64,000 nt of DNA from Escherichia coli (GCF_044324785.1 NZ_CP172127.1); one strand, 5' to 3'; positions 25,216 through 39,386 are shown, counted from the first letter of the stretch. Notes: a model not told the origin generated them from the sequence alone. Program-made: numbers and translations.

Positions 25216-26145
25216 TTACTTCTCTTTCCCGCGCCCGTGCATCTCCTGAAACAATTTACCGACCTCAACAAAATAATCCGTCAGCGAGTTGATCACGACC
25301 TGTACCTTCAGCGGCAGCTTATCTTTTTCGGTATATAACGCATAAACCGGGCGTGGATCTGACTGATAACGCGGCAGCAGGATCTCCAGCTCCCCACGAT
25401 TGATCTCGTTGATCACCCACATCAGCGGCACGTAGGCGATCCCGGCACCCGCCGTCAGCCAGCGCACCAGCGTCATCGGATCATTAGTCACAAATCTTCC
25501 TTGTGGGATCAGGCGAGTCGAGATCCCTTCCGGTGCGATCAGTTCAAATTCATTGTCGGGCCGCACGCTGTATTCAAGCCATGAATGACTACTCAAATCG
25601 GCGGGTTTTTCCGGTATGCCGTATTGTGTGAGATAGCTTTTTGCGGCGCACACCACCATCGGCATCGCGCCCAGACGGCGGGAAAACAGGCTGGAATCCT
25701 GCAACGCGCCGACGCGGATCACCACATCCAGACCGTCGGCAATCAGGTCGGGGGCAGGAATTCCGGTAACCAGATTGACGCTCAAACCTGGGTATTCTTT
25801 CAGCATTTTTGCTGTCAGCCCGGCGAGAACATTTTGTGCCATAGTTGAAGAACAGCCAATGCGCAGCGTCCCGATGGGGGTGTTATTGAAGGCATACAGT
25901 TGCTCATGAACATCCTGCACTTCATGAAGCATCCGACGGCAGCCCTGGTAGTAAATTCTACCGGCTTCGGTCAGGCCAATGCTGCGTGTGCTACGGTTTA
26001 ACAGCTTTACCTGCAACTCATCTTCCAGTTTTGACACCGTCTGACTGATGGACGAAACGCTCATCTGTAGCTGTCTGGCGGCGGCGGTAAAAGAGCCAAA
26101 TTCAACTACTTTGGCAAACACCGACATGCGTTTTAGTCGTTCCAT
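25216..26145 (-). CDS. aaeR: LysR-family regulator of the aaeXAB efflux operon
   Basis: 309-aa ORF with LysR helix-turn-helix; divergent from aaeX. Confidence 0.9.
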   Translation of the reverse strand: MERLKRMSVFAKVVEFGSFTAAARQLQMSVSSISQTVSKLEDELQVKLLNRSTRSIGLTEAGRIYYQGCRRMLHEVQDVHEQLYAFNNTPIGTLRIGCSSTMAQNVLAGLTAKMLKEYPGLSVNLVTGIPAPDLIADGLDVVIRVGALQDSSLFSRRLGAMPMVVCAAKSYLTQYGIPEKPADLSSHSWLEYSVRPDNEFELIAPEGISTRLIPQGRFVTNDPMTLVRWLTAGAGIAYVPLMWVINEINRGELEILLPRYQSDPRPVYALYTEKDKLPLKVQVVINSLTDYFVEVGKLFQEMHGRGKEK

Positions 26146-26327
26146 TATTCACTCTGACTTAAAAGTGATTTAGATCACATAATATAGATAACAGCATAAC
26201 AGTTACGCTAATATATTAAATATCAATCTACAGCAATGTTGCTCTCGCCCGGCTTTCCATGCCCTTCTCTGCGGCGACAGATGCTGAAAATAATAACGCC
26301 TGCTCTCTCTATACAACCAAGGTCAAC

Positions 26328-26531
26328 ATGAGTCTGTTTCCCGTTATCGTGGTGTTTGGGCTGTCCTTCCCACCGATATTTTTTGAATTGCTTTTATCAC
26401 TGGCGATTTTCTGGCTGGTGCGCCGGGTACTTGTGCCAACAGGTATCTACGACTTTGTCTGGCATCCGGCGTTGTTCAACACCGCGCTCTATTGCTGCTT
26501 GTTTTATTTGATATCGCGACTGTTCGTTTGA
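26328..26531 (+). CDS. aaeX: Small membrane protein AaeX
   Basis: 67-aa hydrophobic protein from [14 protein letters not shown]; ORF track has a 23-codon extension. Confidence 0.8.
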
Positions 26532-26538
26532 GGTTGAA

Positions 26539-27471
26539 GTGAAAACACTAATAAGAAAATTCTCCCGTACGGCCATCACGGTCGTATTAGTCATTCTGGC
26601 CTTCATCGCAATTTTTAATGCCTGGGTCTATTACACCGAATCCCCGTGGACGCGTGACGCGCGCTTTAGCGCTGACGTCGTTGCGATCGCGCCGGACGTT
26701 TCTGGACTCATTACCCAAGTGAATGTTCATGATAACCAGCTGGTGAAAAAAGGACAGGTACTGTTCACCATCGACCAGCCGCGCTATCAAAAGGCGCTTG
26801 AGGAAGCGCAAGCCGATGTTGCTTATTATCAGGTACTGGCACAGGAGAAACGCCAGGAGGCCGGACGTCGTAACCGTCTCGGTGTGCAGGCGATGTCCCG
26901 CGAAGAGATCGATCAGGCCAACAACGTACTACAAACGGTTCTGCATCAGTTAGCGAAAGCGCAGGCGACCCGCGATCTGGCAAAACTGGATCTTGAACGC
27001 ACGGTGATCCGCGCGCCAGCAGATGGCTGGGTGACCAACCTCAACGTCTATACCGGTGAGTTTATTACCCGTGGATCAACGGCGGTTGCGCTGGTGAAAC
27101 AGAACTCCTTCTATGTACTGGCCTATATGGAAGAAACTAAGCTGGAAGGGGTGCGCCCTGGGTATCGTGCAGAGATCACGCCGCTTGGCAGTAACAAAGT
27201 GCTGAAAGGGACTGTTGATAGTGTTGCCGCTGGGGTCACCAACGCCAGCAGCACGCGTGACGACAAAGGGATGGCGACCATCGACTCTAACCTTGAATGG
27301 GTGCGTTTGGCGCAACGTGTTCCGGTTCGTATTCGTCTCGACAACCAGCAAGAGAACATCTGGCCTGCGGGCACCACTGCTACAGTGGTGGTCACTGGCA
27401 AACAAGATCGCGACGAAAGCCAGGATTCGTTCTTCCGTAAAATGGCCCATCGCCTGCGTGAGTTTGGTTAA
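26539..27471 (+). CDS. aaeA: Aromatic carboxylic acid efflux pump, membrane fusion subunit
   Basis: 310-aa ORF, GTG start, HlyD-like pattern. Confidence 0.9.
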
Positions 27472-27476
27472 TCACG

Positions 27477-29444
27477 ATGGGTATTTTCTCCATTGCTAAT
27501 CAACATATTCGCTTTGCGGTAAAACTGGCGACTGCCATTGTACTGGCGCTGTTTGTTGGCTTTCACTTCCAGCTGGAAACACCACGCTGGGCGGTACTGA
27601 CAGCGGCGATTGTTGCCGCCGGTCCGGCCTTTGCTGCGGGAGGTGAACCGTATTCTGGCGCTATTCGCTATCGTGGCTTTTTGCGCATCATCGGCACATT
27701 TATTGGCTGTATTGCCGGACTGGTGATCATCATTGCGATGATCCGCGCACCACTATTGATGATTCTGGTGTGCTGTATCTGGGCCGGTTTTTGTACCTGG
27801 ATATCCTCGCTGGTACGAATAGAAAACTCGTATGCGTGGGGGCTGGCCGGTTATACCGCGCTGATCATTGTGATCACTATTCAGCCGGAACCATTGCTTA
27901 CGCCGCAGTTTGCCGTCGAACGTTGTAGCGAGATCGTTATCGGTATTGTGTGTGCGATTATGGCGGATTTGCTCTTTTCTCCGCGATCGATCAAACAAGA
28001 AGTGGATCGAGAGCTGGAAAGTTTGCTCGTCGCGCAATATCAATTAATGCAACTCTGTATCAAGCATGGCGATGGTGAAGTTGTCGATAAAGCCTGGGGC
28101 GACCTGGTGCGGCGCACCACGGCGCTACAAGGCATGCGCAGCAACCTGAATATGGAATCTTCCCGCTGGGCGCGGGCCAATCGACGTTTAAAAGCGATCA
28201 ATACGCTATCGCTGACGCTGATTACCCAATCCTGCGAAACTTATCTTATTCAGAATACGCGCCCGGAATTGATCACTGATACTTTCCGCGAATTTTTTGA
28301 CACGCCGGTAGAAACCGCGCAGGACGTCCACAAGCAGCTCAAACGCCTGCGGAGAGTTATCGCCTGGACCGGGGAACGGGAAACGCCTGTCACCATTTAT
28401 AGCTGGGTCGCGGCGGCAACGCGTTATCAGCTTCTCAAGCGCGGCGTTATCAGTAACACAAAAATCAACGCCACCGAAGAAGAGATCCTGCAAGGCGAAC
28501 CGGAAGTAAAAGTAGAGTCAGCCGAACGTCATCATGCGATGGTTAACTTCTGGCGAACCACACTTTCCTGCATTCTGGGGACGCTTTTCTGGCTGTGGAC
28601 GGGCTGGACTTCCGGCAGTGGTGCAATGGTGATGATTGCGGTAGTGACGTCACTGGCAATGCGTTTGCCGAATCCACGCATGGTGGCGATCGACTTTATC
28701 TATGGGACGCTGGCGGCGCTGCCGTTAGGGCTGCTCTACTTTTTGGTGATTATCCCTAATACTCAACAGAGCATGTTGCTGTTGTGTATTAGCCTGGCAG
28801 TGCTGGGATTCTTCCTCGGTATAGAAGTACAGAAACGGCGACTGGGCTCGATGGGGGCGCTGGCCAGCACCATAAATATTATCGTGCTGGATAATCCGAT
28901 GACTTTCCATTTCAGTCAGTTTCTCGACAGCGCATTAGGGCAAATCGTCGGCTGTGTGCTCGCGTTCACCGTTATTTTGCTGGTGCGGGATAAATCGCGC
29001 GACAGGACCGGACGTGTACTGCTTAATCAGTTTGTTTCTGCCGCTGTTTCCGCGATGACTACCAATGTGGCACGTCGTAAAGAGAACCACCTCCCGGCAC
29101 TTTATCAGCAGCTGTTTTTGCTGATGAATAAGTTCCCAGGGGATTTGCCGAAATTTCGTCTGGCGCTGACGATGATTATTGCGCACCAGCGCCTGCGTGA
29201 TGCGCCGATCCCGGTTAACGAGGATTTATCGGCGTTTCACCGACAAATGCGCCGCACAGCAGATCATGTGATATCTGCCCGTAGCGATGATAAACGTCGT
29301 CGGTACTTTGGCCAGTTGCTGGAAGAACTTGAAATCTACCAGGAAAAGCTACGCATCTGGCAAGCGCCACCGCAGGTGACGGAACCGGTTCATCGGCTGG
29401 CGGGGATGCTCCATAAGTATCAACATGCGTTGACCGATAGTTAA
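27477..29444 (+). CDS. aaeB: Aromatic carboxylic acid efflux pump, inner membrane subunit
   Basis: 655-aa polytopic membrane ORF. Confidence 0.9.
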
Positions 29445-29446
29445 GT

Positions 29447-29477
29447 CAAAACCGACGCCAAAAGCGTCGGTTTTTTC
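29447..29477 (+). terminator. Rho-independent terminator of aaeXAB
   Basis: Stem CCGACGC/GCGTCGG with 5-nt loop followed by TTTTTT, 3 bp after the aaeB stop. Confidence 0.65.
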
Positions 29478-29535
29478 ATGGCTATACTTAGCGATGAACG
29501 GCAGAACTCGCCGCGAAACGTGACGGTGGCAACAG

Positions 29536-29808
29536 ATGAATATTTATACCTTTGATTTTGATGAGATTGAGAGTCAGGAGGATTTTTATCGCGACTTTAG
29601 CCAAACCTTTGGTCTGGCAAAAGATAAAGTACGCGATCTCGACTCTCTATGGGATGTGTTAATGAACGATGTCCTGCCGCTACCACTTGAGATTGAATTT
29701 GTTCATCTGGGAGAGAAAACGCGTCGCCGTTTTGGCGCGTTAATATTGCTGTTTGATGAGGCAGAGGAAGAGCTGGAAGGGCATTTGCGTTTTAATGTTC
29801 GTCATTAG
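29536..29808 (+). CDS. yhcO: Barstar-like protein YhcO
   Basis: 90-aa acidic ORF recognised as the E. coli barstar homologue. Confidence 0.8.
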   Translation: MNIYTFDFDEIESQEDFYRDFSQTFGLAKDKVRDLDSLWDVLMNDVLPLPLEIEFVHLGEKTRRRFGALILLFDEAEEELEGHLRFNVRH

Positions 29809-29810
29809 CG

Positions 29811-29837
29811 CAAAAAAAAGCCCCCGAACCGGGGGCA
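29811..29837 (-). terminator. Terminator between convergent yhcO and yhcN
   Basis: Stem GCCCCCG/CGGGGGC with 3-nt loop, flanked by an A-run on the plus strand (T-run for the minus-strand transcript). Confidence 0.55.
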
Positions 29838-29863
29838 ATATCGTCGGACAAGACGATGAGGGT

Positions 29864-30127
29864 TTATTTGTACAGTTCAGCAGTAGCGTGCCAAGTGTCA
29901 CCACTACGAGCTTCAGTAATCTGGTAGGCCGTTGCGCCTTTCTCTTCCGCTTTTTTGTTCAGCATTTCACGCATATCCATTGGCGAAGACGCCACACCAC
30001 TTACGGATACGGTCCCGATTGCTTCACGATTTTGTGCTTGTGCAGCATCAATGGAGTCGGCAGCGAATGCACCGAAAGAGAGAACAGAAAGTACGCTTAA
30101 TGCAGCAACAGTGGTTTTGATTTTCAT
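29864..30127 (-). CDS. yhcN: DUF1471-family periplasmic stress protein YhcN
   Basis: 87-aa protein from MKIKTTVAALSVLSVLSFGAFA (signal peptide); ORF track has a 17-codon extension. Confidence 0.8.
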   Translation of the reverse strand: MKIKTTVAALSVLSVLSFGAFAADSIDAAQAQNREAIGTVSVSGVASSPMDMREMLNKKAEEKGATAYQITEARSGDTWHATAELYK

Positions 30128-30491
30128 GATTTTTACCTCGACATAATCTTTTAGCTGGGCCTTTGTTTCGTGACCCATATCACAAAATCAAGTATACACT
30201 AATTATTGAACTAATTAATACCACGCTAACTGTTTCAGTTGATACTAAGTGTTAAAAATGTGAGTTTTAATAACAAAAAAGAATTAAAAACACGGTTATT
30301 TATTATTAATTCTATTGTTTTCAATTAGATAATGAATTTTGCATAATGTGCTTTTTTTACCGTATGTATTCATTGTGTGAATGACATGTCGCAGTAAAAC
30401 GCACTATTCGTTAAATTAATCGCAGAGGAAAGCAGGGGGTTGAGAGGGATAAGCAACATTTTCCCCGCCGCCAGAAGCGACGGGGCAGAGA

Positions 30492-30965
<474 letters not shown>

Positions 30966-31005
30966 TCACCCGATATGGTGGTTGATACAACATTATTGTG
31001 CATAC

Positions 31006-31023
31006 AGATGAATTTTTATGCAA
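31006..31023. promoter_or_regulatory. Candidate ARG box (ArgR autoregulation) in the argR promoter
   Basis: agaTGAATttttATgCAa approximates the TGAATwwwwATTCA ARG-box core (one mismatch), ~45 bp upstream of argR. Confidence 0.4.
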
Positions 31024-31321
31024 ACAGTCAGCCCTGAAGAAGGCTGAAATAATGTTATGAAAGAGCGGGATTTTATCAAATTTCGTTACTGAGAAACATG
31101 CCTGCGTCACGGCATGCAAATTCTGCTTAAAAGTAAATTAATTGTTATCAAATTGATGTTGTTTTGGCTGAACGGTAGGGTATATTGTCACCACCTGTTG
31201 GAATGTTGCGCTAATGCATAAGCGACTGTTAATTACGTAAGTTAGGTTCCTGATTACGGCAATTAAATGCATAAACGCTAAACTTGCGTGACTACACATT
31301 CTTGAGATGTGGTCATTGTAA

Positions 31322-32335
<1,014 letters not shown>

Positions 32336-32351
32336 TTGATTAGCGGATAAT

Positions 32352-32386
32352 AAAAAACCGGAGCACAGACTCCGGTTTTTTGTTTT
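32352..32386. terminator. Bidirectional terminator between mdh and degS
   Basis: Stem CCGGAG/CTCCGG with A-run before and T-run after. Confidence 0.7.
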
Positions 32387-32397
32387 GAGCGCACGAC

Positions 32398-33465
32398 TTA
32401 ATTGGTTGCCGGATATTCCTGAATGGTGACCTGCAGCGTTAACTGCTTATCATCACGCATCACTACAACCGGGATCACCGAGCCAGGGCGAATTTCCGCC
32501 ACCTGATCCATCGTCTCCAGAGCAGAGATGGCCGGTTTGTTATCCACCGAAATAATCAAATCGTTGACCTGAATACCCGCATTCGCCGCCGGGCCGTCAG
32601 GTGACACTTCATTAACCACGATCCCTTGCAGTTGATCTATACCACCGCCCTGCGCGTGCAGTGGTGCGATCTCACGTCCGCCGATACCAATGTAGCCGCG
32701 GATCACGCGACCATCGCGGATCAGCTTATCCATAATTTTGGTTGCTAACTGGAAAGGAATCGCAAAGCCGATACCTTCCGGCGTTTCGCCATCGTTACTC
32801 TTATCAAACGACAGCGTGTTAATGCCCATCAGTTCGCCCAGCGAGTTCACCAGCGCGCCGCCAGAGTTACCGTGGTTAATGGAAGCATCGGTTTGCAGGA
32901 AATTTTGCCGCCCGGTCGGGTTCAGACCAATTCGACCCGTGGCACTAATAATCCCCTGGGTAATGGTCTGCCCGAGGTTGTACGGGTTACCGATCGCCAG
33001 TACCACGTCACCAATGTGCGGTACGCGACGTGCGTTGATTGGAATGGTAGGTAAACCGCCAGTGGCATTAATTTTAAGTACCGCCAGATCGGTTAGAGAG
33101 TCAGATCCCACCAGCAATGCTTCAAATACACGTCCATCTTGTAAGGCGACGATGATCTGATCGGCGTCGTTGATGACGTGTTTATTGGTGATGATATAAC
33201 CGCGTTGATCCATGATTACACCGGATCCCAGGGTGCGGATCTCAAGCTGGTTGTGAGAGTTTGTGTTCAAACCACGGTTGTAAACGTTAACCACCGCTGG
33301 CGCGGCGCGGCGAACCGCCAGATTATAGCTGGCAGGCGTCTCATCGGTACTGTCAAATTGCGGAGTGGAAAGCGGGTTAAGGCTGCGCAGCGAAGGCATG
33401 GCAACCAGCAGAATAGCGCCGACAATTAATCCAATCGCAACGGAACGTAAGAGCTTCACAAACAT
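32398..33465 (-). CDS. degS: Envelope-stress serine protease DegS
   Basis: 355-aa ORF with membrane anchor, trypsin-like domain and one PDZ domain. Confidence 0.95.
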   Translation of the reverse strand: MFVKLLRSVAIGLIVGAILLVAMPSLRSLNPLSTPQFDSTDETPASYNLAVRRAAPAVVNVYNRGLNTNSHNQLEIRTLGSGVIMDQRGYIITNKHVINDADQIIVALQDGRVFEALLVGSDSLTDLAVLKINATGGLPTIPINARRVPHIGDVVLAIGNPYNLGQTITQGIISATGRIGLNPTGRQNFLQTDASINHGNSGGALVNSLGELMGINTLSFDKSNDGETPEGIGFAIPFQLATKIMDKLIRDGRVIRGYIGIGGREIAPLHAQGGGIDQLQGIVVNEVSPDGPAANAGIQVNDLIISVDNKPAISALETMDQVAEIRPGSVIPVVVMRDDKQLTLQVTIQEYPATN

Positions 33466-33554
33466 GATGGAGGCGTCATTAAAAAAGGGAACGGCAGCAG
33501 CATACCACGAGTTAACCGGACATCACACGTCAGCCTGATGCCCGGTTTACGACA

Positions 33555-34922
33555 TTAACGCATCAGCAGATAGATGCTTTCATTGCCGCGTACAATTTGC
33601 AGGGCGATGATGGCCGGTTTTGCCGCCAGCACTTTACGCATTTCAGCAATCGAGTTCACCCGATCGCGGTTGACGCCAATGATCACATCGTCTTTTTGCA
33701 AGCCTGCCTGAGCAGCTGGGCTTCCTTTGACAACCTCATCGATCTTAATACCTTTGCCGCCATCTTTTAGCTGACCATCGCTCAACGTTGCACCTTCAAG
33801 CGCTGGCGTGATCATTTCAGCGCTGGCCGACGAAGAGGTGCTGGTATCGAGCGTCACTTCTACTTCCAGTGGTTTGCCGTTACGCAGCAGGCCAAGCTTC
33901 ACTTTCGTGCCCGGCTCGGTGGTTGCGATACGAGAGCGCAACTCAGCAAAGCTATTCAGCGGTTTGCCGTTGAGACTGGTAATAATATCGCCCGCTTTGA
34001 TGCCCGCTTTTGCCGAGCCAGAACCTGGCAACACTTCGCTGACAAACGCGCCACGCTGCACGTCAAGGTTGAAGGCTTTGGCGATATCGGCACTCATCTC
34101 TGTGCCTTTGATGCCTAACAGACCGCGTTTGATTTCACCAAAGTCGATAAGCTGCTGCGCCAGTGTTCGCGCCATATTACTGGGGATGGCAAATCCAATC
34201 CCGACGCTCCCGCCGCCAGGCGCAAGGATTGCCGTGTTGATGCCAATTAACTCACCGTTAAGGTTTAACAGTGCACCGCCGGAGTTACCGCGGTTAATGG
34301 AAGCATCTGTCTGGATAAAGTTTTCCAGACCTTCAAGATTCAACCCACTGCGGCCTAACGCGGAAACAATGCCAGAGGTGGCGGTTTGCCCAAGGCCAAA
34401 TGGGTTACCGACCGCCACGGCAAAATCACCGACGCGCAATTTATCGGAGTCGGCAATAGCGATTTGCGTTAATTTGCTCGGGTTTTGAATTTGCAACAGG
34501 GCGATATCGCTCTGGTCATCGCTACCAATCAGTTTTGCATCAAACTCGCGCCCATCATTGAGCTGAATACTGATTTTCTGTGCCTGATTAATCACATGGT
34601 TGTTAGTCAGCACATAGCCTTTACTGGCGTTGATGATGACACCGGAGCCTAAACCTTCGAAGGGTTGTGCAGGTTGATCCGGTAAATCATCACCAAAAAA
34701 CTTTTTGAATTCTTCCGGGATTTTCTGTCCCTGACTGGCCGTTCCTTCCACCCGTACGCTCACCACTGCCGGAAGCACTTTTTCCAGCATTGGGGCCAGA
34801 CTGGGGAGAGGGGCCTGATCGGCAACCTGGCCTGGAATCGACGCAACGGCCTGAAAAGACGCCGAGAGAGTTAACCCGACACTTAACGCTAATGCACTCA
34901 ACAGCTGGGTTTGTTTTTTCAT
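33555..34922 (-). CDS. degQ: Periplasmic serine endoprotease DegQ
   Basis: 455-aa protein from MKKQTQLLSALALSVGL; trypsin-like domain plus two PDZ domains; ORF track has a 14-codon extension. Confidence 0.95.
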   Translation of the reverse strand: MKKQTQLLSALALSVGLTLSASFQAVASIPGQVADQAPLPSLAPMLEKVLPAVVSVRVEGTASQGQKIPEEFKKFFGDDLPDQPAQPFEGLGSGVIINASKGYVLTNNHVINQAQKISIQLNDGREFDAKLIGSDDQSDIALLQIQNPSKLTQIAIADSDKLRVGDFAVAVGNPFGLGQTATSGIVSALGRSGLNLEGLENFIQTDASINRGNSGGALLNLNGELIGINTAILAPGGGSVGIGFAIPSNMARTLAQQLIDFGEIKRGLLGIKGTEMSADIAKAFNLDVQRGAFVSEVLPGSGSAKAGIKAGDIITSLNGKPLNSFAELRSRIATTEPGTKVKLGLLRNGKPLEVEVTLDTSTSSSASAEMITPALEGATLSDGQLKDGGKGIKIDEVVKGSPAAQAGLQKDDVIIGVNRDRVNSIAEMRKVLAAKPAIIALQIVRGNESIYLLMR

Positions 34923-35075
34923 TATTCCTGCTCTCGTACCTGAATGATAAGAAAAGAGATTCAAAACAGTTTGATGTTATTGAATTTTCAGACGGCTAAC
35001 AATGAGACACCAGATTAAATGATAGTCGGGGAGGGAAAGAAGAGGAGGGCGCAATGGCTGCGCCCGAAAAATAAA

Positions 35076-35474
35076 TTAGTCGCGCTTCGCGCCAGTACGC
35101 AGCAGGCCGGACGCGCCTTCAGAATAGTCGCGAGGCATCTGCACCGGTGCCTGATCGTTGCTGGCTTCAGACTCTGCCAGACGATTACGGAACGGGTTTG
35201 CTTCAGCAGACAGTTCCGGCAGCAGGCTGCTGGAGCTTTTCGCCATGTGTTGATACAGCTGGCGATAGTCGTGCGCCATGGTATCCAGTAATTCCGCGCT
35301 GCGGGCAAAGTGGCTAACCAGCTCTTCGCGATACTCGTCCAGTTCAGCTTTATTCTTTTCCAGTTCGTACTGCAACGCCTGTTGCTGGCGTAGTTTACGA
35401 TTACCAAAACGCATGGCCACAGCACCAATAATGATGCCGACGACTAACCCAATTAGCGCATATTCCCAGGTCAT
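35076..35474 (-). CDS. yhcB: Inner membrane protein YhcB (ZapG/LapD)
   Basis: 132-aa protein from MTWEYALIGLVVGIIIG with N-terminal membrane helix and coiled coil. Confidence 0.85.
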   Translation of the reverse strand: MTWEYALIGLVVGIIIGAVAMRFGNRKLRQQQALQYELEKNKAELDEYREELVSHFARSAELLDTMAHDYRQLYQHMAKSSSSLLPELSAEANPFRNRLAESEASNDQAPVQMPRDYSEGASGLLRTGAKRD

Positions 35475-35667
35475 GAACATCTCCCGTTGTCTTTTGTTTC
35501 CGTAGGGTGTTGGCTTCAGGCTCCATGCCTGCGGCTGATTATGCCACTATAACCGTTAATTCCACAGAAGTGGAATCCCGACTGCATATCGCGTAGTGTA
35601 GAACGGCCTTTTTTTCGTCAACCGTGAACAACGGCGCACCGATTATTCAAGGAATAACAATAAGATC

Positions 35668-36795
35668 ATGCAAAGCGTTACCCCAACATCGCAATACCTG
35701 AAGGCGCTCAATGAAGGCAGCCATCAACCCGACGACGTTCAAAAAGAGGCCGTCAGCCGCCTGGAAATTATTTATCAGGAACTCATCAATAGCACGCCTC
35801 CAGCCCCCAGGACGAGTGGGCTAATGGCGCGGGTCGGTAAGCTGTGGGGTAAACGCGAAGACACAAAGCATACGCCAGTGCGTGGCTTATATATGTGGGG
35901 CGGTGTAGGACGTGGGAAAACCTGGCTGATGGACCTTTTCTATCAAAGCCTGCCGGGAGAGCGGAAACAGCGTCTGCACTTTCACCGTTTTATGCTGCGG
36001 GTGCACGAAGAGCTGACCGAATTACAAGGCCAAAGCGATCCGCTGGAAATTATTGCCGATCGCTTTAAAGCCGAAACTGACGTGCTCTGTTTTGACGAAT
36101 TTTTTGTTTCTGATATTACCGACGCCATGCTACTTGGCGGTCTGATGAAAGCCCTGTTCGCCCGCGGTATTACCCTGGTAGCGACGTCAAATATTCCGCC
36201 GGACGAACTTTATCGAAATGGCCTACAACGTGCGCGTTTTTTGCCTGCAATCGATGCCATTAAACAGCATTGTGATGTAATGAACGTGGACGCTGGTGTT
36301 GATTATCGACTGCGTACACTCACTCAGGCGCATCTGTGGCTTTCGCCCCTCAACGATGAAACCCGGGCGCAAATGGATAAACTATGGTTGGCGCTGGCGG
36401 GGGCGAAACGAGAAAATTCACCGACATTAGAAATCAACCATCGGCCATTGGCGACAATGGGCGTCGAGAACCAGACGCTGGCGGTCTCTTTTACTACGCT
36501 GTGCGTCGACGCCCGCAGTCAGCATGACTATATTGCGCTCTCACGCCTCTTTCACACGGTCATGTTGTTTGATGTACCAGTTATGACGCGATTGATGGAG
36601 AGCGAAGCGCGGCGCTTTATTGCGCTGGTGGATGAGTTTTACGAGCGCCATGTCAAATTAGTGGTGAGTGCAGAAGTGCCGCTATATGACATTTATCAGG
36701 GCGAGCGGCTGAAATTTGAGTTCCAGCGTTGCCTGTCACGTCTGCAAGAGATGCAAAGCGAAGAGTATCTGAGGCGCGAGCATTTAGCGGGTTAA
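35668..36795 (+). CDS. zapE: Cell division ATPase ZapE
   Basis: 375-aa ORF with Walker A GGVGRGKTWLMD; recognised as YhcM/ZapE. Confidence 0.9.
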   Translation: MQSVTPTSQYLKALNEGSHQPDDVQKEAVSRLEIIYQELINSTPPAPRTSGLMARVGKLWGKREDTKHTPVRGLYMWGGVGRGKTWLMDLFYQSLPGERKQRLHFHRFMLRVHEELTELQGQSDPLEIIADRFKAETDVLCFDEFFVSDITDAMLLGGLMKALFARGITLVATSNIPPDELYRNGLQRARFLPAIDAIKQHCDVMNVDAGVDYRLRTLTQAHLWLSPLNDETRAQMDKLWLALAGAKRENSPTLEINHRPLATMGVENQTLAVSFTTLCVDARSQHDYIALSRLFHTVMLFDVPVMTRLMESEARRFIALVDEFYERHVKLVVSAEVPLYDIYQGERLKFEFQRCLSRLQEMQSEEYLRREHLAG

Positions 36796-36926
36796 AACCT
36801 GCCACAAATCACAAAAAGGGGTCGATCTTTGACCCCGACTTCTCTATAATCTTGCGACCCCACGTTACAAGAAAGTTTTTTTCCCAAAACTTTTTGTGTG
36901 CTGGCATAGGCTATTCGAAGGGGTAG

Positions 36927-37442
<516 letters not shown>

Positions 37443-37454
37443 TCGGGATTATAG

Positions 37455-37850
<396 letters not shown>

Positions 37851-37882
37851 TTGGCTTCTGCTCCGGCAGAAAACAATTTGCG

Positions 37883-37910
37883 AAAAAACCCGCTTCGGCG
37901 GGTTTTTTTA
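37883..37910 (+). terminator. Rho-independent terminator of rplM-rpsI
   Basis: Stem AACCCGC/GCGGGTT with TTCG loop followed by TTTTTTT. Confidence 0.75.
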
Positions 37911-38244
37911 TGGCTAAATTCTGAATCAGCGTAAAAAATGGAAAGTTGCTTTTTGCTGCCGTCTGACAGACAGGCAAAACAAAAAACACATCGCCAATAA
38001 GGGACTAAGTCAACTATTTCAGACTAAAGCGCATCTCTTTTTCCCCATTTCCGGCATCGACTCACCACAAAGGTCGCAAAATCTGGTAAACTATCATCCA
38101 ATTTTCTGCCCAAATGTCGGGTATTGCTCATTTTTTGTTTGATTTTCGAACAAAGAGAGTCGTTCCTTACTGGGTAACACAACTTCTGACTGGCCACCTG
38201 GTGGCTGGTAGCAGTAAAAATTCTGACTATACCTGGAGGTTTTC

Positions 38245-38883
38245 ATGGCTGTCGCTGCCAACAAACGTTCGGTAATGACGCTGTTTTCCGGTCCTACTGA
38301 CATCTATAGCCATCAGGTCCGCATTGTGCTGGCTGAGAAAGGTGTAAGTTTCGAGATCGAACACGTGGAAAAGGACAATCCGCCTCAGGATCTGATTGAC
38401 CTCAACCCGAATCAGAGCGTTCCGACCCTGGTGGATCGTGAGCTGACCCTGTGGGAATCTCGCATCATTATGGAATATCTGGATGAGCGTTTCCCGCATC
38501 CGCCACTGATGCCTGTTTACCCGGTAGCTCGCGGTGAAAGCCGTCTGTACATGCATCGCATCGAAAAAGACTGGTACACGCTGATGAACACCATCATCAA
38601 CGGTTCAGCTTCTGAAGCAGATGCCGCACGTAAGCAACTGCGCGAAGAACTGCTGGCGATTGCGCCGGTCTTCGGTCAGAAGCCGTATTTCCTGAGCGAT
38701 GAGTTCAGCCTGGTCGATTGCTACCTTGCTCCGCTGCTGTGGCGTCTGCCGCAACTGGGTATCGAGTTCAGCGGTCCGGGTGCGAAAGAGCTGAAAGGCT
38801 ATATGACCCGCGTCTTTGAGCGTGACTCTTTCCTTGCTTCTTTAACTGAAGCTGAACGTGAAATGCGTCTGGGCCGGAGTTAA
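38245..38883 (+). CDS. sspA: Stringent starvation protein A
   Basis: 212-aa GST-fold ORF recognised as SspA. Confidence 0.95.
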   Translation: MAVAANKRSVMTLFSGPTDIYSHQVRIVLAEKGVSFEIEHVEKDNPPQDLIDLNPNQSVPTLVDRELTLWESRIIMEYLDERFPHPPLMPVYPVARGESRLYMHRIEKDWYTLMNTIINGSASEADAARKQLREELLAIAPVFGQKPYFLSDEFSLVDCYLAPLLWRLPQLGIEFSGPGAKELKGYMTRVFERDSFLASLTEAEREMRLGRS

Positions 38884-38888
38884 TCTGT

Positions 38889-39386
38889 ATGGATTTGTCA
38901 CAGCTAACACCACGTCGTCCCTATCTGCTGCGTGCATTCTATGAGTGGTTGCTGGATAACCAGCTCACGCCGCACCTGGTGGTGGATGTGACGCTCCCTG
39001 GCGTGCAGGTTCCTATGGAATATGCGCGTGACGGGCAAATCGTACTCAACATTGCGCCGCGAGCTGTCGGCAATCTGGAACTGACGAATGATGAGGTGCG
39101 CTTTAACGCGCGCTTTGGTGGCATTCCGCGTCAGGTTTCTGTGCCGCTGGCTGCCGTGCTGGCTATCTACGCCCGTGAAAATGGCGCAGGCACGATGTTT
39201 GAACCTGAAGCTGCCTACGATGAAGATGCCAGCATCATGAATGATGAAGAGGCATCGGCAGACAACGAAACCGTTATGTCGGTTATTGATGGCGACAAGC
39301 CAGATCACGATGATGACACTCATCCTGACGATGAACCACCGCAGCCACCACGTGGTGGTCGACCAGCATTACGCGTTGTGAAGTAA
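38889..39386 (+). CDS. sspB: ClpXP adaptor, stringent starvation protein B
   Basis: 165-aa ORF with acidic tail ending RGGRPALRVVK. Confidence 0.95.
   Translation: MDLSQLTPRRPYLLRAFYEWLLDNQLTPHLVVDVTLPGVQVPMEYARDGQIVLNIAPRAVGNLELTNDEVRFNARFGGIPRQVSVPLAAVLAIYARENGAGTMFEPEAAYDEDASIMNDEEASADNETVMSVIDGDKPDHDDDTHPDDEPPQPPRGGRPALRVVK

Noticed and set aside
33808-34488. 226-aa plus-strand ORF
   Set aside because: Antisense to degQ.
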